Assembly (NCBI GenBank): GCA_002633005.1
Contig: NMRA01000554.1
Span: 124,001-188,000 of the forward strand
From: Phoronis australis
Lineage: Eukaryota > Animalia > Phoronida
DNA length: 64,000 bases
Direction: 5' to 3'
Shown here: positions 13,901 to 28,217 of the stretch, piece by piece
Layout of the letters: each line of letters starts with the position of its first letter
Numbering within the stretch: the stretch's first letter is position 1
Made by a program: the position numbers and the translations under genes
Notes under the pieces: model-generated
Seen by the model: the letters and a program-made list of their open reading frames with translations, nothing else
Database searches by the model: none
What the model was told of the DNA's origin: nothing

Positions 13901-16900
13901 TGCAATGTAGTATATCGTTTAGAAATGCGATATTCTTAATTTGTGACATGAAAAAGTTATTAATCCAATTTGGCTATTACATCATCAATTATCCTACTTT
14001 CTAATCACAACAGCTACACACACACACACACATCAAAAGCTGGTAAACCAGCTGTCAAGAACAAGGTTCTTGTATACTTATTTGTGTCAAGTGGCCATGG
14101 CTAGAAATAAAAACTGCTACAAGGACTACGTTGGTGGAATATTGGAGAGTATATCTGCTAACAACTTCTATGTTATGTCAGTTTTCAGCTTTTCATTGAG
14201 TCGGTGTTGTTATTATGGATATTTGATATTGTACTGTAATGTGAATATGTAAAGATTTTTCCTTATGAGGAAATCAGAGGTTGGTTTTAATGAATATGAA
14301 TTGTTCTGTGACATGCCGTGTCAGGTAAAGAAATGTTACAATAACAAGCTAGCTCTTGAACTCAATGGTAGCCAACTGTCAGCTGAGTTTTATAGAGGTG
14401 AACAAATCAGAGATATATTGGCCATCTCCATAATTTACTCTTCTATCTTAATGATGCGTGGCCGATAATTAAGCTATTTTGGCTCACCAGATGGCCTTTA
14501 CTCCTCTTGTCGCCAAACATCTAGTGGGATGTATAATATTTTTGAGAGCTCATTAGTCAGAAACATGTGCTCAGGATTACAACAAACCAGTTCTCAAGTG
14601 GCTCATGGCACTCCCGTAGTTTTTTTATAAACATCCATTGATACTCCGAATCCCTGGTACTCATTATCATCCATTACCTTGTATTTCAAGTGTTGCGTAA
14701 ATGCGAAAGCCCAAGAGCGACTCTTGGCAATTGCGTGCATGTCCCACCTGTGTTGCATTCTTTGTCACAACTCTCTAGTTCTTTTTCATCATGTTATTTG
14801 GGCGCAGCAGCGCAGTATGGAAATTGGGTTAATGTTTCCCCCGCATGTTTGGGCACATACTTGGCCAATTTTCATTGCAGCAAACAATGAGAGAACACAG
14901 GATAGATAATTGTAACAGTGGTGAAGAGAGCACAATTAGCATTTTTAAATGAAACACATCATTAAATCCAGTGAAGTTTATTTAAACGTAAACTGTGTTG
15001 ACCACTCATACATCTTGATCAGTGCCGTGTAAAATATTTGATAAAATTATAGTGTCATAATGAAAATTTGATGGTTATCCCTCATTGTGTGCCTGGATAA
15101 ATATGGGACATAGTGTCTAAACGTGGATGAAATTGCAAGACAAAAATATAATTTGAGTCTGCTCATGCCATTTACAGAAATGAGAGGTTCGCAATTCATA
15201 TACCAATTTTGCTTTGAATTTGTACGAATTAATATTCGCTGTCTAGTTATTTACACAATTTTGTTACAGATTTCCATTTTGTTTCAAAAAAGTTGTAGCT
15301 TTCATTAACAGCTTTGCCAAATTCACTGACTACATCTGAGGTACAAACTAAGGTATAAGTAATTATTCCCTGGTTTTGTAGCCTATTATAATGTTGGTGA
15401 AATTTTGTTAGAACCAGATGCCAAGCATTTTTGTGAACGTTAATTTTTGGGACCTATTTATATCAATTTGTATTTTGTTTCAAAATATATGAATTATTTG
15501 TTATTTGTGTAAAATTACAAATTAGTAGTTTTGTAAGAAAAAGCTCCAACCCAAAATTGAAAATCATTGAATGTTCTAATGCTGTTAACGTGAGTTGGAT
15601 TTTTGACAGGTTTTGCTGTTGACTTCAGGGGCATGGGCGATGTACCATAGGGGGCTGGGGGGGGGCTATAGCCCCCACTTTTTTCAGTGCTGCGCTACCC
15701 ATGAGGGGGTAAATTTCAGCTTCGTTCCAGCTTTTACAGTTTTGATAAAAGTACTCATTAGTGGACTGGTAGGAACACCAAAAAAGAACACATCTCCATA
15801 GACAGTCATTTCATCTTCAGTCCCATCCATAATTAACTGGCGTTAAAGCCTGTTTTGTCTATCTGTATTTCGGTCAAATTCTCCATGTCCTGTGTGCTAA
15901 TAATTTCAAGCCTCGGCCTTTTTACAATGAAAACAACTGTACTCTGCTCCCTATTGCATTTTTGTGTCAGCCTGGGCTGTTGGTGTAATGTTCTCTAACA
16001 ACTCCCAGATGTGAGTCTCCCCTCCTGCTTGTCTGTGTACCTTGGGCCTTTCGCTTGAGGTATTTGAGTACGCTGTTTATGTGATAGTATTGCGTTACAA
16101 TATAATTTGGTATGCATGGTGTGTCGGTCCAAAAAATGGCTTGCTTTTGTTTGTACTTCTTGAATAGAGATTTAAATTGGCCATAGTTCTTGGAAAACTG
16201 AGTTCTTTTCATTGTTTCAATTTTGACTCCTCCACCCACTTAGTCTAAAGTAATTTGTTATCAGGCGGATCTCATGGTGACGGGATTTGCACACGTGCAC
16301 TATTTACGCCAGAGTATCCAGTGAAGTCCTCGGCACAGCAAAGGCTTGTTGGCGCCGTCAGGGATTGAAGTGAGCTAGTCGCTTTCATGAGCTTGGCTGA
16401 AAGTGTTGGATGAGATAATTGCGGTCGTAGACCAACACGCCTGTTTAGCGTACAAGTATCAAAGTAAAAAACGAAAAAGTAAAGCAAGCAACCAACATGA
16501 AAAGTGTGCAGTAGCCATTTTTGAATTTTTGAAATCGATGCATTATAAGAGAAATTAGCGAATAAATTTTATTCAGCATAGCCACGAGCTATTAGCCGCA
16601 ATCCACTCCACAGGCATTGATTTGTGAATCAATTGGGACAGGTTACAGTCACAGTCTGGCTTTGGCTCGCTTTGGTGTTGGGGTAACAAAACCCAAATGT
16701 TTGCGAAGGAGGTATCTCATGTATTAGGTGCAAATTCCATGTTTTTTTTTCTTTTTCCGTGCTGTTTTGAGGTTATGTAGGACTTGTCGGTACGGTATAT
16801 AACCAAATATCTGCAAAACTTTAGAGTGAAACTGTGTCAGTAAAAGTTCATATTTCCTGAAAGTAGGAAGCCTGTAGAAGTTGAATTTGAATTTTGGGTT

Positions 16901-19900
16901 GATACCAGTTTGCAATTATCTGGATCACATGACCATATTTTTTTAGTAAAATTTAGCAAAAAGGAAGGTAAGTCCATAGTAAAACAGTGGTATCAATAGT
17001 AACATGACCAAATTTTGGCGAAAACTCAAACGCTGTTACGGTTTTCTAAACTATCACTTCGTTTTTGTTTTATGCAAGGTTTGAATTGTTTCATAAAATT
17101 CATACAAGTCCTATGTTTTGATAGTCCCTCAGGAGAACTGCATAAGGCATTGCATCTGAAAGTTCCATTTTATGAATCCAATCTAAGTCAGCCATATCTG
17201 AGTTATGATGTTCAGAAGTTTGCCAAATTGGGTCATTTTTCGAAGACCCTGCATAACCTTAACTTTACCAACTGAATGTGGACCATTTTTATCAAGTCTA
17301 ATTCATGGTCCGTGCGTGACCAGTGACACCAAAACATTCCCTTCCTGTGAACAATACCATACTTTAAGTCTTTAACCCATAATATTCTACTTTCAGGTTT
17401 AGTTTGGCTTATCTGGAGATTACTCCTCTAATAGCACATTAGTTTTCTCTCTTATGTGGCCACCTTCATACTATTAGGTCTTCAACAGTCTCTTTGCCTC
17501 ATTTACACAGGTGTTAAAAATCTAAAAAGCTCTTGAAGAAGAATTGAGAAGAATTTGCTTTCATAATTTTATACGCTTACAATGACTACATGTACTTGTT
17601 CAAGTTTATTCATTGCCTCCATATCTCCTGCAAACTTGATTTGTTATGGCATTTCGTCTCTCTACATTTAATGTCTTCACACAAAAAGGAGATGCAAGTT
17701 TATGTGCAATGAAAAGCTAATCTTTGCTGACTGACACTCGTTTCTTGTGCAAGGGACAGTTGGGGTCAAAGTGTTTTAAAACTCTGGGTATGTTACCCTG
17801 AAAAAAGAATCTTTGGGTTTAGCCTATTGTATCTACTGTATTTCTGTTGTTGTTCTTAGCTGAAAGGCCTCTTAATGTTGGGCAAATGGAACACATTTTA
17901 GAAACTTTGAACACCTTTGCTCTAAATTGGATTACCAATTGGATTGAAAAGTTGCAACAAATAAAAGTGTTAAGTTATGTGGTCATGAAAACTGCAAGTA
18001 TCACATGATGGCTGATTGTTTGCACAAATGATTTTTTTGCTCTGGCAATGTAATCTTGGGAAAATTTTCACACAGGTGCTGATTTCTTCACCCTTTGATT
18101 ATTCAGTACTGTATGTTTTTGTTTCAGGGTGCTTACCTATAGTTATTTATTCAGCTTTAATGCCTGGCTCCTCCTTAATCCCGCCCTGCTGTCCTATGAT
18201 TGGCAGATGTCAAGCATCCCATTGGTGGAAACGGTGACAGACTGGCGTAACCTAGCAACCGTTGGATTTCTAGCAACAATCTGTGTTCTCCTTGGTACAT
18301 TCCTTGCTTCATACATGGATGAGGTAATTCACAGATTGATTTTATGCATTTAATTTGATGTCTCACTATTGTATGTTTCATTGGCAGATATTCCTTATTC
18401 AATTCTCAAATCAAAACCAAGTGAACTAATATGTGAAAACATCAGAATATGCTGAAAATCAAGTTTTGTGGATAAAATCTGATTTAGCTATTACAATATT
18501 CTAGGTATTGAAAACCTGCAGTATGTTTTTATATCAATAAAAACTATTCCATTTAATTGTTTATTATCCATTGCATTTCAGGTAGGTTAGTCTATGTCTA
18601 AAGTTATGTAACAGACTTTCAAAGAGTACAAAAATGGGCCATTGTTATGTCAGTATGTATTTTTGTGGATAAGTCTATTGAAAGTAGCATTTTGTTCATA
18701 TTCCAGGACAAAAAGAACAATGACATATTCTTTGGACTTGTTTTCCTCATTGTTCCATTTTTGCCAGCATCTAACTTATTCATGAGGGTTGGCTTTGTAG
18801 TCGCTGAGCGTATCTTGTACATTCCGAGGTAAGGATCAATTCGGCTTTTTTTAACTTACAGGTAACTTGGAACTTTTCAAATTGTAACTTAAAATTAATA
18901 TATTTTTCAATGATCTTTGGCCTCGCTTTTTGGATTCACTCACACTGACCAGACCAAATGCTGAACTGTGGACAATAGGCATTTGTTTTCTGTAAATGTG
19001 ATTTATCGATCTAGTTGTGTCACCGATTGTTAATATAGATTTAAAACATCACTTCATGCATCCATATTTTTGATTGGTGGTTTTTTCTTTGGAGTTACAT
19101 CTTTGTCAGTCAAAGGTATGCATCGTGATGAACTAAATGCTGTTTTATTAAAAGAATTCCATCGCATGCCGTCATTTCATTTTCCAGCATGGGTTACTGC
19201 ATCTTGATCGCTGGTGGTCTACAGTGTCTGACGTATAAGTTTCGCAGGAAGGCTTGGTACCTGAAGGTGGCGCTGGTGATATTAGTAGTTCTTCTATCCT
19301 GTCGGACTGTGGTCAGGAACCAGGTGTGGCTATCCAGAGAAAGTTTATTTAGGTAATAAAGAGACCATGATTAATCTAGTTTGTGGCGGGTGATGTCATT
19401 CTGGAAATAACAAAAAAGTCAGATCTGTAATTATTGAACTTAAAAATCAAAGATAGCAATTGAATTTTTGCTTTAAAGATCTTGAAAGCCAACTGCAAGT
19501 ATAAGTATATTCTGCAGCTTTGAATAAGTAGGTGTTTGTACTTCCATCTTAGACATCTATACCTAGTGTTGAATGAAGTTATCCACGTTCTGACTTAACA
19601 ATTCCGCTCTATCCAATGTTTGTTGATGATTGTGCCGCTTGTTAATTCTACTGATGTATTCAATTTAGTTGGTTTGTCGTCAGCTGTTTTTGCTCACCTT
19701 CTCAGTCAAACAAAATTGGCTTCATCTCTTGGTATACATCAGCTGTTTTTTGCATCATAATATCTAAGTCGACTGTTCAGTTGTTTGCTGTCAAAGATTT
19801 GACATTGTCGATTCATTGTTTTATGCCACTAATTGCTTTGTGAGCTGTTCTGCATAAATCAGCCGCCTTTGCGTTTCGTTGACCAAGTTTCTTGCAAGGG

Positions 19901-22900
19901 TTTAAAGAGATCATGCAGAATCACGCAGGTGAAAGGTCAGCATTTTGCGAGCATGCTCAAGACCCAATTTTAACCAAATGGCTGACGCGAGATTGGAATG
20001 TTGAATTATGGGATAGCAGTTCATGCATCACGCAATAGAACGGATGAAGTATGGTACTGATTTCACTATTCCCCTTCAGTAAACTTTAATGAAGATTTTT
20101 ACATGTCTTATGTATTGGGTCTACGGAGCATAGTTCCCATTTTCTACCGCTAATTATCTACCCTGTTCAGCCATTTTGTCGTCTGCTTGTTCAGGTCTGG
20201 CATTGAAGCGCTGCCTCACAATGCCAAGGCTCACTATAACTATGCCAACTACCTCAAGGATGTCGGCAGGCACAACGAGGCCATCGTTCACTACCAACAG
20301 GCAATCAAGTATGGAGTTTGTATGATGAAGTGTTCTTGCTACTGTTATTATAATTATTATTGCTGTTGTTATAATCGTTATTATCATTATCATCACTGTC
20401 AGTCGTCTTTGCTGCTATTATTTCTTAGTCTCCGGTGATTAATATAAATTCAGTCTCACAGGATTGCCATTAATTTTAATTTTAATTTTAATTTTTATGT
20501 AACTAAACTAACCTATATCAGGGCTGAGTTGCATAAAGCTTTAAAAGTTATCCGCTGGATAAGTTTAATTGTTGCATGACGTCAGGTGCATTGTTCAACA
20601 ATAACAACGTGACGCGTGATAATGCTACGTCATTGTTGCTATACGGCGTATAACTTTTATGCAACTGGGCCCAGATGTATAACTGTAAGTATACAAAATC
20701 CTGTTTGGGAATTTTTTATCACAAAATGCAGAATGCATGCACATAGTTGTGGCCAAGGCAAGCGAAAAGGTGTGAGGAAGTACTATTTAGTTGGAATTTT
20801 TAGAAAATGCGGAATCAGCTCTTGTTTTTACATGCTTATACTTTGTATCAAGTACAGTTCATCAATTATGTTTGCAGCTACACAAACTTGGCAGTTTTTG
20901 ATCAGATCATTTTATGTATTTTGGAATAAACGTTTCAATAAGCACTGAGACCATGTCTGATAACTTGACAATGAAGAAGTGCTCCAGTGACATTTCAACA
21001 TGATAGTGTCAAACATGAAATTAATCCTCAATGGCTTCAACAAAGCATATATCTGAGCAGACAAGATTGGCTCCTTATTACATAAATTGTGTGATACTAA
21101 TGCTTACTTGCAGACTATATCCATATCACGCCAGTGCCAATAACAATCTGGGAACGTTACTGAATGACACCAGAGACGCGCAGCGCTACTTTGAGAATGC
21201 CATCGCCATTAATCCTTACCACACTGGTGCTCATTTCAATCTGGGAAATCTTCTCTAGTGAGTTAACAAATGATTCGTTTCCTTTGTGGCAGCCGTGTCT
21301 GACAATCAGCAAAATATTACTTAAGATTCATGCGGCTTTTCATACCCTTTCAGATTTTATAGTTTTTATGGTGATAGATATCTTTTGGACACATCGTGGT
21401 TCTTCTTTCAGTGTCTATTGTCAAATTGTTCGGACGAAATTGGCAAAATACGGGTCATATGGCAAGATAATGTTACAAAGATAATATAATGAAAAGTAAT
21501 ACATGGGTATATTAATAGATGCAACACAGAGGGACATGAAACTAGACACAGTGTGTGGAGCTGTGTGGGGTACAAGTCAAGTACATATGCTCAGGCATGG
21601 AGTTAAATGGAATTTTTCTATTTCAGTAAAAGTGGTGACAAGGTGAAAGCTATTGATATTTGGCAACGTGCCATCACTATTGATCCACACTACTCTGACC
21701 CCTATGCCAGTATTGGCAGCACCATGATAGAGCTGGGCAACACAGACGGTGCTGAGAGGTTCCTCAAGAAGGTCGTCAGTGACTTCCCGCTGGAACCAGA
21801 TGGATACAACAACTATGGCACGTTTCTTCAGAAGACTAGTAAGTGTTCATCTAGCGCCATCTGTTGAATTGTCTGTAGTGTTATGTAATCAGTACTTCAC
21901 AAACTCGTGTGATAAGTTGGGTCTATGTTCTGTTGAATAAATACGATAAAAATTAGTAAAAAAGAATTGAATTCGAATTGTTGATCAATCTTTTCAATCA
22001 GGACATATTCACCTTAAGTATACTCATAATTGTTTCAATTGAGTTGTGTGTCATTCTTTGAAACATGGGAGATAATTACAGTTTAAGTTGTTATCAGTAG
22101 GACAAACTACTGGTAGACTGATATCTGGGGTTGAAAGATATCTGTAATGATATTTAAAAAAAATACAATTATTTACTATTAGCGTTTCGCTATTACAAAA
22201 CAACCAGCTCAACAACAGTCACGTTCCCTAATGTTCTTTTGCTTCATTGCTGACAGCGATGTTCCTTATGCTAGTAATTAACTTGTAGTTTTAGTTAAAA
22301 CAACTTTTCCTTCTGGCTGTCTTAAAATGCAGATTATAAACCAGGTCGTTCAGTCACACAAAACTGTATCAAACCTTTTCATTCTCGGCAAAGAATTTCA
22401 AACAACGGATGTAACTAAAAACCCGCTGCTTTTAATTTTTGTTCACTTAATGTGTTTGTTTGTTGAACAAGGACTAACTGTTAATTTCAATGGGTCATTG
22501 TCATAATACTGGAACACTGTGTGGTGAAATATTCCTGGACTGGAAACCACGACCAACGATTTACGAGTTGTCTACATTTCAGATCAGACAAAAGAGGCGT
22601 TGCAGATGTACAAGAGAGCCTACGATCTCAACCCCCAACACACTGTGTCCATGGTGAATGCCGCCAGACTGCTGCGTTCACACAATAGGAATGCTGAGGC
22701 GGAACATTTGTATCGAAAGTATGCGGTAGCTGAGATACTGTGTTGCATTGTGTGCCCTGCGTCATGTTGTAGGGTGATAAAACTTGTGGCCAAAGATTTG
22801 TTTATGAACAGTTGACTTTTTTAGTCATCTTAGTAAAGGACTTTAATTTGCCTAATGTTACACACTGGCAATTTGTCACCATGATTCATCATAAAAGATT

Positions 22901-25900
22901 TTTATATGAAATCATATCAAACATTTCTATGAATTCACTATGAATTGCATGATATGATACCAATGGTCAACAAGCATTCATACAAATGGCCGATACAATT
23001 TTTTCATGCAAGGTTCACCGGCAATCATGATAATTTATGATGATTTCTTCTCACTTAGAAATGAAGAAGTTTTCCATGAGTGATGCTGTGAATGGTGATC
23101 ATTTATCTTTAGTCTGGTATGAATTCCAATCACCAAAATGGGGGTATACTACATTGGCAGTCTTGTAATATTTTCTGCTATGAATTCATCACTGGAATGC
23201 AAGTGGTACTGATAACATTGCTGTCATCAGCATTTTTATTATTACCAATGAATCTCGATGTTATAAACATTTGGTAAGTTACAGAATTGGGATATGTCCC
23301 ATTGGCATTTATTATTTTCACACACAGAACTATAATCTTAGCATTACCTTATACTGGTTCCAGGGCCCTGTGCATAAAGCGCGATGTCACGACATTAGAT
23401 CTTCTGGCTCTACTCTACTTCAAAACAGAGCGCCCTCTTGAGGCACTGGCAATTTATGAAGAAATTGAAGCAAATTTCCCTCTTGACCCAGATGCTATGA
23501 CACATTATGTAAGTTAATTTGGATTTTATTACTTTGACCTGAGTGTGCCAACTCCACATTGTAGGACAGCTTAGTCAATGGACAATGTGTTTACTGTATT
23601 TCATTTTTATAGGAGTTTGCTTTGGCTGAAAGATTATCAGAGTGGGATAATTTTTGCAGAGGATGCACAGGAAAAGCATTAAACTTTGAACCGACTGTTA
23701 TCGTAATGTAGAAATAAATTTTAGACCAAATTATACTCTTTTCTGTTAATTCAGCAGTCAAAGTGTTGGTTGTGCCCAACTAGATTAGAATATTGATTTG
23801 TGCTTTACTAAGAATTAGACATGTTTGTGCTAGCCTTGCAAAATTTTTGACTTTACAATATAGTTAAAAATCAGAAGTTTTTGTGGTCATTCACTTAATT
23901 CCCGCCTTCTCATGAAATAGTAATTTTTTTCAGGTGCTGCTCTCTGGAAGTCTGTATAATTGTAAATTTCAGTACAACAAAATCACACCAATTTCAGACA
24001 AAAATAATTGCCAAAATTGCACTACTTCATGTTTTCATTATTATTTTGGATGCCCACAGTTTTTCAACATATTGTCTGTTTGTAGCTATAGCAACAGAAT
24101 GTGACAAAGCACTGTTTTCGAACTATTAAGTACGGTAGTAGTAGTTTTTATTGACTATCAAAACATAAATGAGGGTTACAAAATAATGTAAAGTTACGAT
24201 AGTCCAACAAAACAGATTAAAAAATAACAAAGGTATGATAGAAAATGAAGGCAATAGGAAAGGACATATAATACAACAAACAAACTTTACAATACAATGC
24301 CTAACATTCGAAAAATTTTGTGATTTCAGTTACATAGGTTGCTATTTGTCGGGTTTTCTTAACAATGACAAAATTGATGTATGGTCTTGTGCACTGGCAA
24401 AAAGCAGATCTGATTTTGTTGACAAGAGGGCAAAAAGTAATACAATGTTCCTCTGATTAAACCTCACCACAAGTGGTATTCTCGGCCACCTTCCCGACTC
24501 GATCAGTATGAGGATAGCTACACACGCAAGAGAATAATCCCTTGGTGCTCTAAAATGTCCGATGCAGAGTACATTCAAGTCTGGGGCAAGACTGCATGAA
24601 AGAAAATGAAGTTTCACCTGTCTGCCATATTGTGTCAGGTGTGCTTTCACTGAAGTACCATTACTCTTCACTGATAGGTATGAAATTTTAGTGGGTGGAT
24701 CAGAGCATTATTTGTTGCACCATATGATTCAATGCCAGTACTATGTTAGTGTATTGTGATTTAAATCACAAGTCCCCTGTCTCATCATTTTCATCAACAT
24801 TTCCAGGCTCAAATTTTAGCCAGAGTTCAACAGTACAAAAAGTCTGAAACTGTCATCATACAAGTGCTATCAGAGGACCCTTCGCACATCGAGGCGCTCA
24901 GACAGATAGCTAATTTATATGGCATTTTGAGACGACATAACGAGGTTTGTAATAAAGATAAATTTACTGTACCTGGATTTATTGAATTTAACAATTATAG
25001 TGTAGTATACATGAATATATAAATCTTATGTAATGTGATTTGTGATATCAATTTGTTATAAACCAACTATTTGTGCTGTGCTTCTGAATTGAAATTTGAA
25101 CAGAGAATGTGCTTTAATGGATTGTCATCTGATATTAGTTTTTCTCTTTTCATGTAATTATTGTAATTATGTTCTTACTCGATGAATTAATTATAGGCTT
25201 TGGGCTTCATTCGACGTGCCATTCAATTGAAACTGGAAACAGTTGGCTCAAGAGACATGAAAGAGTTGGGTATGATGTATTATGAGCAGGGCAACCATCA
25301 CAAGGACTTGAAAGCATACAGTGAAGCATTCCAGGTGAGAGTGGTCTCATGGTCCCTTGGTCTCACAGTTTGTCTCTAGTACACTGTGCGTGACAAGAGT
25401 TCTCTAACAAAATGGCTTGTAATTCATAAATAGTTATCAATAAATGTTTCTTACTTACTCGTGTATTTATGATTTACGGTGCAATTGAGAACGAAATTGA
25501 AAAAGGCATTTCAGGAAAGCAGACAGTTTCATCATTGATTTAATGCTTCAAAGCTTGTAACCTTGTTTTGAACGCCCTCAATTTCTCAAAACATGAGAAT
25601 TTGAAAATCAAAATTTCAGTTATTTTCGAGATTATGTTAATGAGATTTCACCACAGATTTGTGTTAATTGGTTCCTGCTTCTTTACAATCTGCCTACTGG
25701 ACTTCGACAAGCGGTTTTGACCGCATGCGATTTTGTATTGTATTCAATGAAGTGCACTGATGAGTTGGTTGCTATCTTTAAAGGCTGCTTAGTGAGTCAA
25801 CAAGTTTTTTTTGCAGAGCTATAAGATGGCTATTCATTACAGTCCCACCATTCCACAGGCTCACCTCAATCTTGGTGCCATCTATCATGTTAATGTAAGT

Positions 25901-26322
25901 TCTTTTGACCTATCCTAGTGCTTAACTTAAAATGCCGAGGCCGCACTGTGTGAAACTGTGCAATGTGATATGGATTGAACAGGATACTTCTATTTCGTGA
26001 CCAGTCTTTTGTGTACTGCCTTTTGGGCTTTTTGGTTGGATAAACTTTACTAGACTAAGTGTTCTTTGATGTTTTCTGTCTGACTAGTGTTGCTCAAATG
26101 TATCAACCGTCTGTTCATAAGGTATGATGTACATTTCTCCAAGGTCATACAAAATGCTTCTGGCTTGGTACTATTAAAACTTATGCATTTCAGAATGACC
26201 TTGACAATGCAGAATTACATTACACAGAGGCTTTAAGACTCGATCCGTCCAATAACGTGGTGAGGGAGAATATGAAGAAATTGTGGAGGAAACGAGAAAC
26301 CGCCAAGATTCGAAAAACGTAA
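4923..26322 (+). CDS. TMTC1: Protein O-mannosyltransferase TMTC1 (transmembrane and TPR repeat protein 1); N-terminal exons not found in the window
   Basis: 16 GT-AG exons with consistent phase: 4923-4996, 6280-6453, 9258-9330, 9942-10045, 18128-18323, 18707-18828, 19188-19352, 20195-20308, 21114-21257, 21627-21838, 22583-22718, 23364-23508, 24807-24944, 25197-25334, 25817-25894, 26194-26322 (TAA). Total 2142 nt = 713 aa + stop. TMTC motifs: [87 protein letters not shown] and LPHNAKAHYNYANYLKD...HASANNNLGTL point to the TMTC1 paralog. TPR repeats follow. Confidence 0.93.
5364..5599. mobile_element. MITE with CA...TG termini and 5-bp target site duplication
   Basis: Imperfect TIR CATGCGCACACCC / GGGTGCGCCCATG; CAAGA flanks both sides. 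Confidence 0.62.
6760..8259 (+). mobile_element. Non-autonomous Helentron (HINE/DINE-1/pearl-like) element with internal ~150-bp tandem core repeats
   Basis: 5' end: TTTTATGCGCCC subterminal repeat, then the hairpin CCACATAT-TT-ATATGTGG and a (GTCC)-type microsatellite. Middle: about 7 core repeats. 3' end: GGGTGCAT (8226-8233, inverse of the 5' repeat), stem-loop CAACGC-TCT-GCGTTG and a CTCTTGTTT terminus. This layout matches described HINE elements. Confidence 0.72.
9410..9906. mobile_element. TTAA-flanked MITE (Kolobok-like GG...CC termini)
   Basis: TTAA|GGTTATGTA ... TACATAACC|ATAA. The subterminal block GCATAAAGCATA...TCAGCCATTTCTGAGATA is shared with 17140-17240, 41690-41780 and 58820-58910. 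Confidence 0.6.
10164..10375. mobile_element. MITE with CA...TG termini and 5-bp target site duplication
   Basis: TIR CATGGCCACTGGAAGC / GCTTCCGACGCCACTG; flanks TCATA / TAATA. Confidence 0.55.
11721..12539. mobile_element. MITE (GGCGGAT-type TIR) with 5-bp target site duplication; contains an assembly N at 11743
   Basis: TIR CATAGGCGGATTTAGG / CCTAGATCCGCCACTG; flanks AGGTA / AGTTA. Confidence 0.55.
16771..17258. mobile_element. TTAA-flanked MITE, same family as 9410-9906
   Basis: TTGA|GGTTATGTAGG ... CCTGCATAACC|TTAA; similar length of about 490 bp. Confidence 0.6.
20522..20671. mobile_element. PIF/Harbinger-like MITE with 3-bp CAG target duplication
   Basis: CAG|GGCTGAGTTGCATAAAG ... 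TTTTATGCAACTGGGCC|CAG. Confidence 0.6.
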
Positions 26323-27777
26323 CATCTCCAAAACAACTATTTTTTAGTTTGTGAATGACTTGTGCACTTTTTTGCAGATGGAACTTCAAATACATTACAG
26401 TTACGTGTCTAATGTACACAAAAACATATGTGTAGGAATATTTTAATAATTGAAGTACAATCAAAACGTGTCATAAGACTTTTTAATACACATATATCCA
26501 ATATTTGTGCCAAGCTAAGTCACATCACAGTTCACTTTAAAGTACCCAGGTGCTGATTAATGAAAGTTATGCACTTGTCATCAAATAAGACATCTCGTTG
26601 GTTTATAAGTAATTTGTTAAGCAAGTTATCAACAATTTAGGTTAACTAAGAAGTTCATGAGGACAAATTTAGGAAAATGGGCCTATAATGCTGTCACTTT
26701 ATGACGTTTTTTACACTAAGAGTGAACAGGGACCCATGCCAAAACTTTCAACTCGCTCTAAGTCTTGGTTTAAACTGTGTAAAAACATATTTTTTGATAT
26801 TTTAGTAAAGCCCCGGGTGTACATTTGTTGGTGTATACCTGTGCCTTTGCCTGGTATCTTAAGGTGATTAAGGAACTGTTTATGATGTTTATAGCATTAC
26901 TTTATTTGCTAATGGTTACCTACTCTTGCATGCACAATTATTGTCTTGGTTTCATCACTTTGCCTTCAATATTTTATGTAAACATGGTGTTTTTCTTTTG
27001 ACAATGCTTTAAATTATCATTTCTTTTGTGAACTGAAATCTGTCTTGTCTTAAACTGAAATCCTGCTTTTATGTACAATGGATTAGATCTGACCCAATCA
27101 ATTGAAGATTTGACATGGCACTGTGCTTTTATTAGAGTTCCAAGTTACTGTCTAATTTTTTGTCACTGGATTTTGATATGTGTTAAAGCTATTTTGACTC
27201 TATTCTAGTCAACTAGTTTTATTTCTAATTTATTTTGTTATTGTTATACTTATTAGTTATCATAATTATGAACTAAGTAAAACTTAGTGTGCTGGATAGC
27301 TTTTGTGGTTGAGAAACGTATGTTTTTGTGCTGATTTCCTAATTGGCAGAAAATGGATTATACCATATTCTGATTGTATGTGGAAATTAAATGTCATAGT
27401 GGTAAATAACACTTTATTTTATACTTTTGTGTCGTGCAATTGAGGTTAAACATTTGTGTTAGCTGAATGTTCGTTATTTGAAAAATCATATCTTAAAATC
27501 TATAGAGGAAGCGAAGAAAATAAGCCGGGTCGATTAAGGTAATGGTCATGGATTTTTTTACCAACAACGCAGCTTTTTCGCATTGTATAATTAAATTTTA
27601 TCTTTATTTTTGATTGCCATAATCTTCGAAGTTTTTTACTACATTTTTATGTGCCAAAGGGCAAGGATTTCATATAAATTCGGCTGTGTCATTGCTAAAT
27701 TTTTATCGCCTAATGTCAGTCAGTGATCTCTCAATACTCTTTTTTCCGTGGGTAGATTTGCATGAAAATTGGCTCAT

Positions 27778-28217
27778 TTATTATGTGCCCACATGTACAT
27801 AGGGGTTGCACGTTGCCGTCATGTCTGTCTGGGCGCCCAGGGTCTGCTGCTATATCTCTTCGCTTACAGGATCTCAATGAGATTTGGGAAAAGTGTTCCT
27901 ATGAAGTGGATGACAGTACGACCANCCCCCCCAGTGGAAATTTTAGTTTTTTACGTTTCCATCTGTATCTGTTCATGAAATTTGGCAAGTAAGTTTCTGT
28001 TTATGATTTTGTGATGTATTTGACATATTTTGCACCAAAGTCCTCGAAGGATCGTTATTGGCAAATATGTTCCTGAATTGAACACTGCTTCCGACATTGA
28101 TTTTTGGATGGGTGCGATTCCACTGTGCCCCCAAGTGGCACTATTAATAAACACCCCTAGAAGCATACTTTTTCCAGTGCAATCATGGGCACATTTCAAT
28201 GCTCTGCGTTTATCTTG
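27778..28217 (+). mobile_element. Shorter HINE-like element of the same family
   Basis: ATGTGCCCA (27783-27791) and TGGGCACAT (28186-28194) are perfect inverted subterminal repeats. GTCTGTCT microsatellite, core motif ATGAAATTTGG, and a degenerate 3' stem-loop CAATGCTCTGCGTT. Confidence 0.65.

Noticed and set aside
13400-15000. Repeat-poor stretch with TAAT-rich motifs in the 8-kb TMTC1 intron; possible enhancer
   Set aside because: Such motifs are common in AT-rich DNA and cannot be supported without cross-species conservation.
20310-20438. Cys/Tyr/His-rich ORF extension and antisense Ile/Thr-rich ORF
   Set aside because: Read-through into an intronic trinucleotide microsatellite after the donor at 20309.
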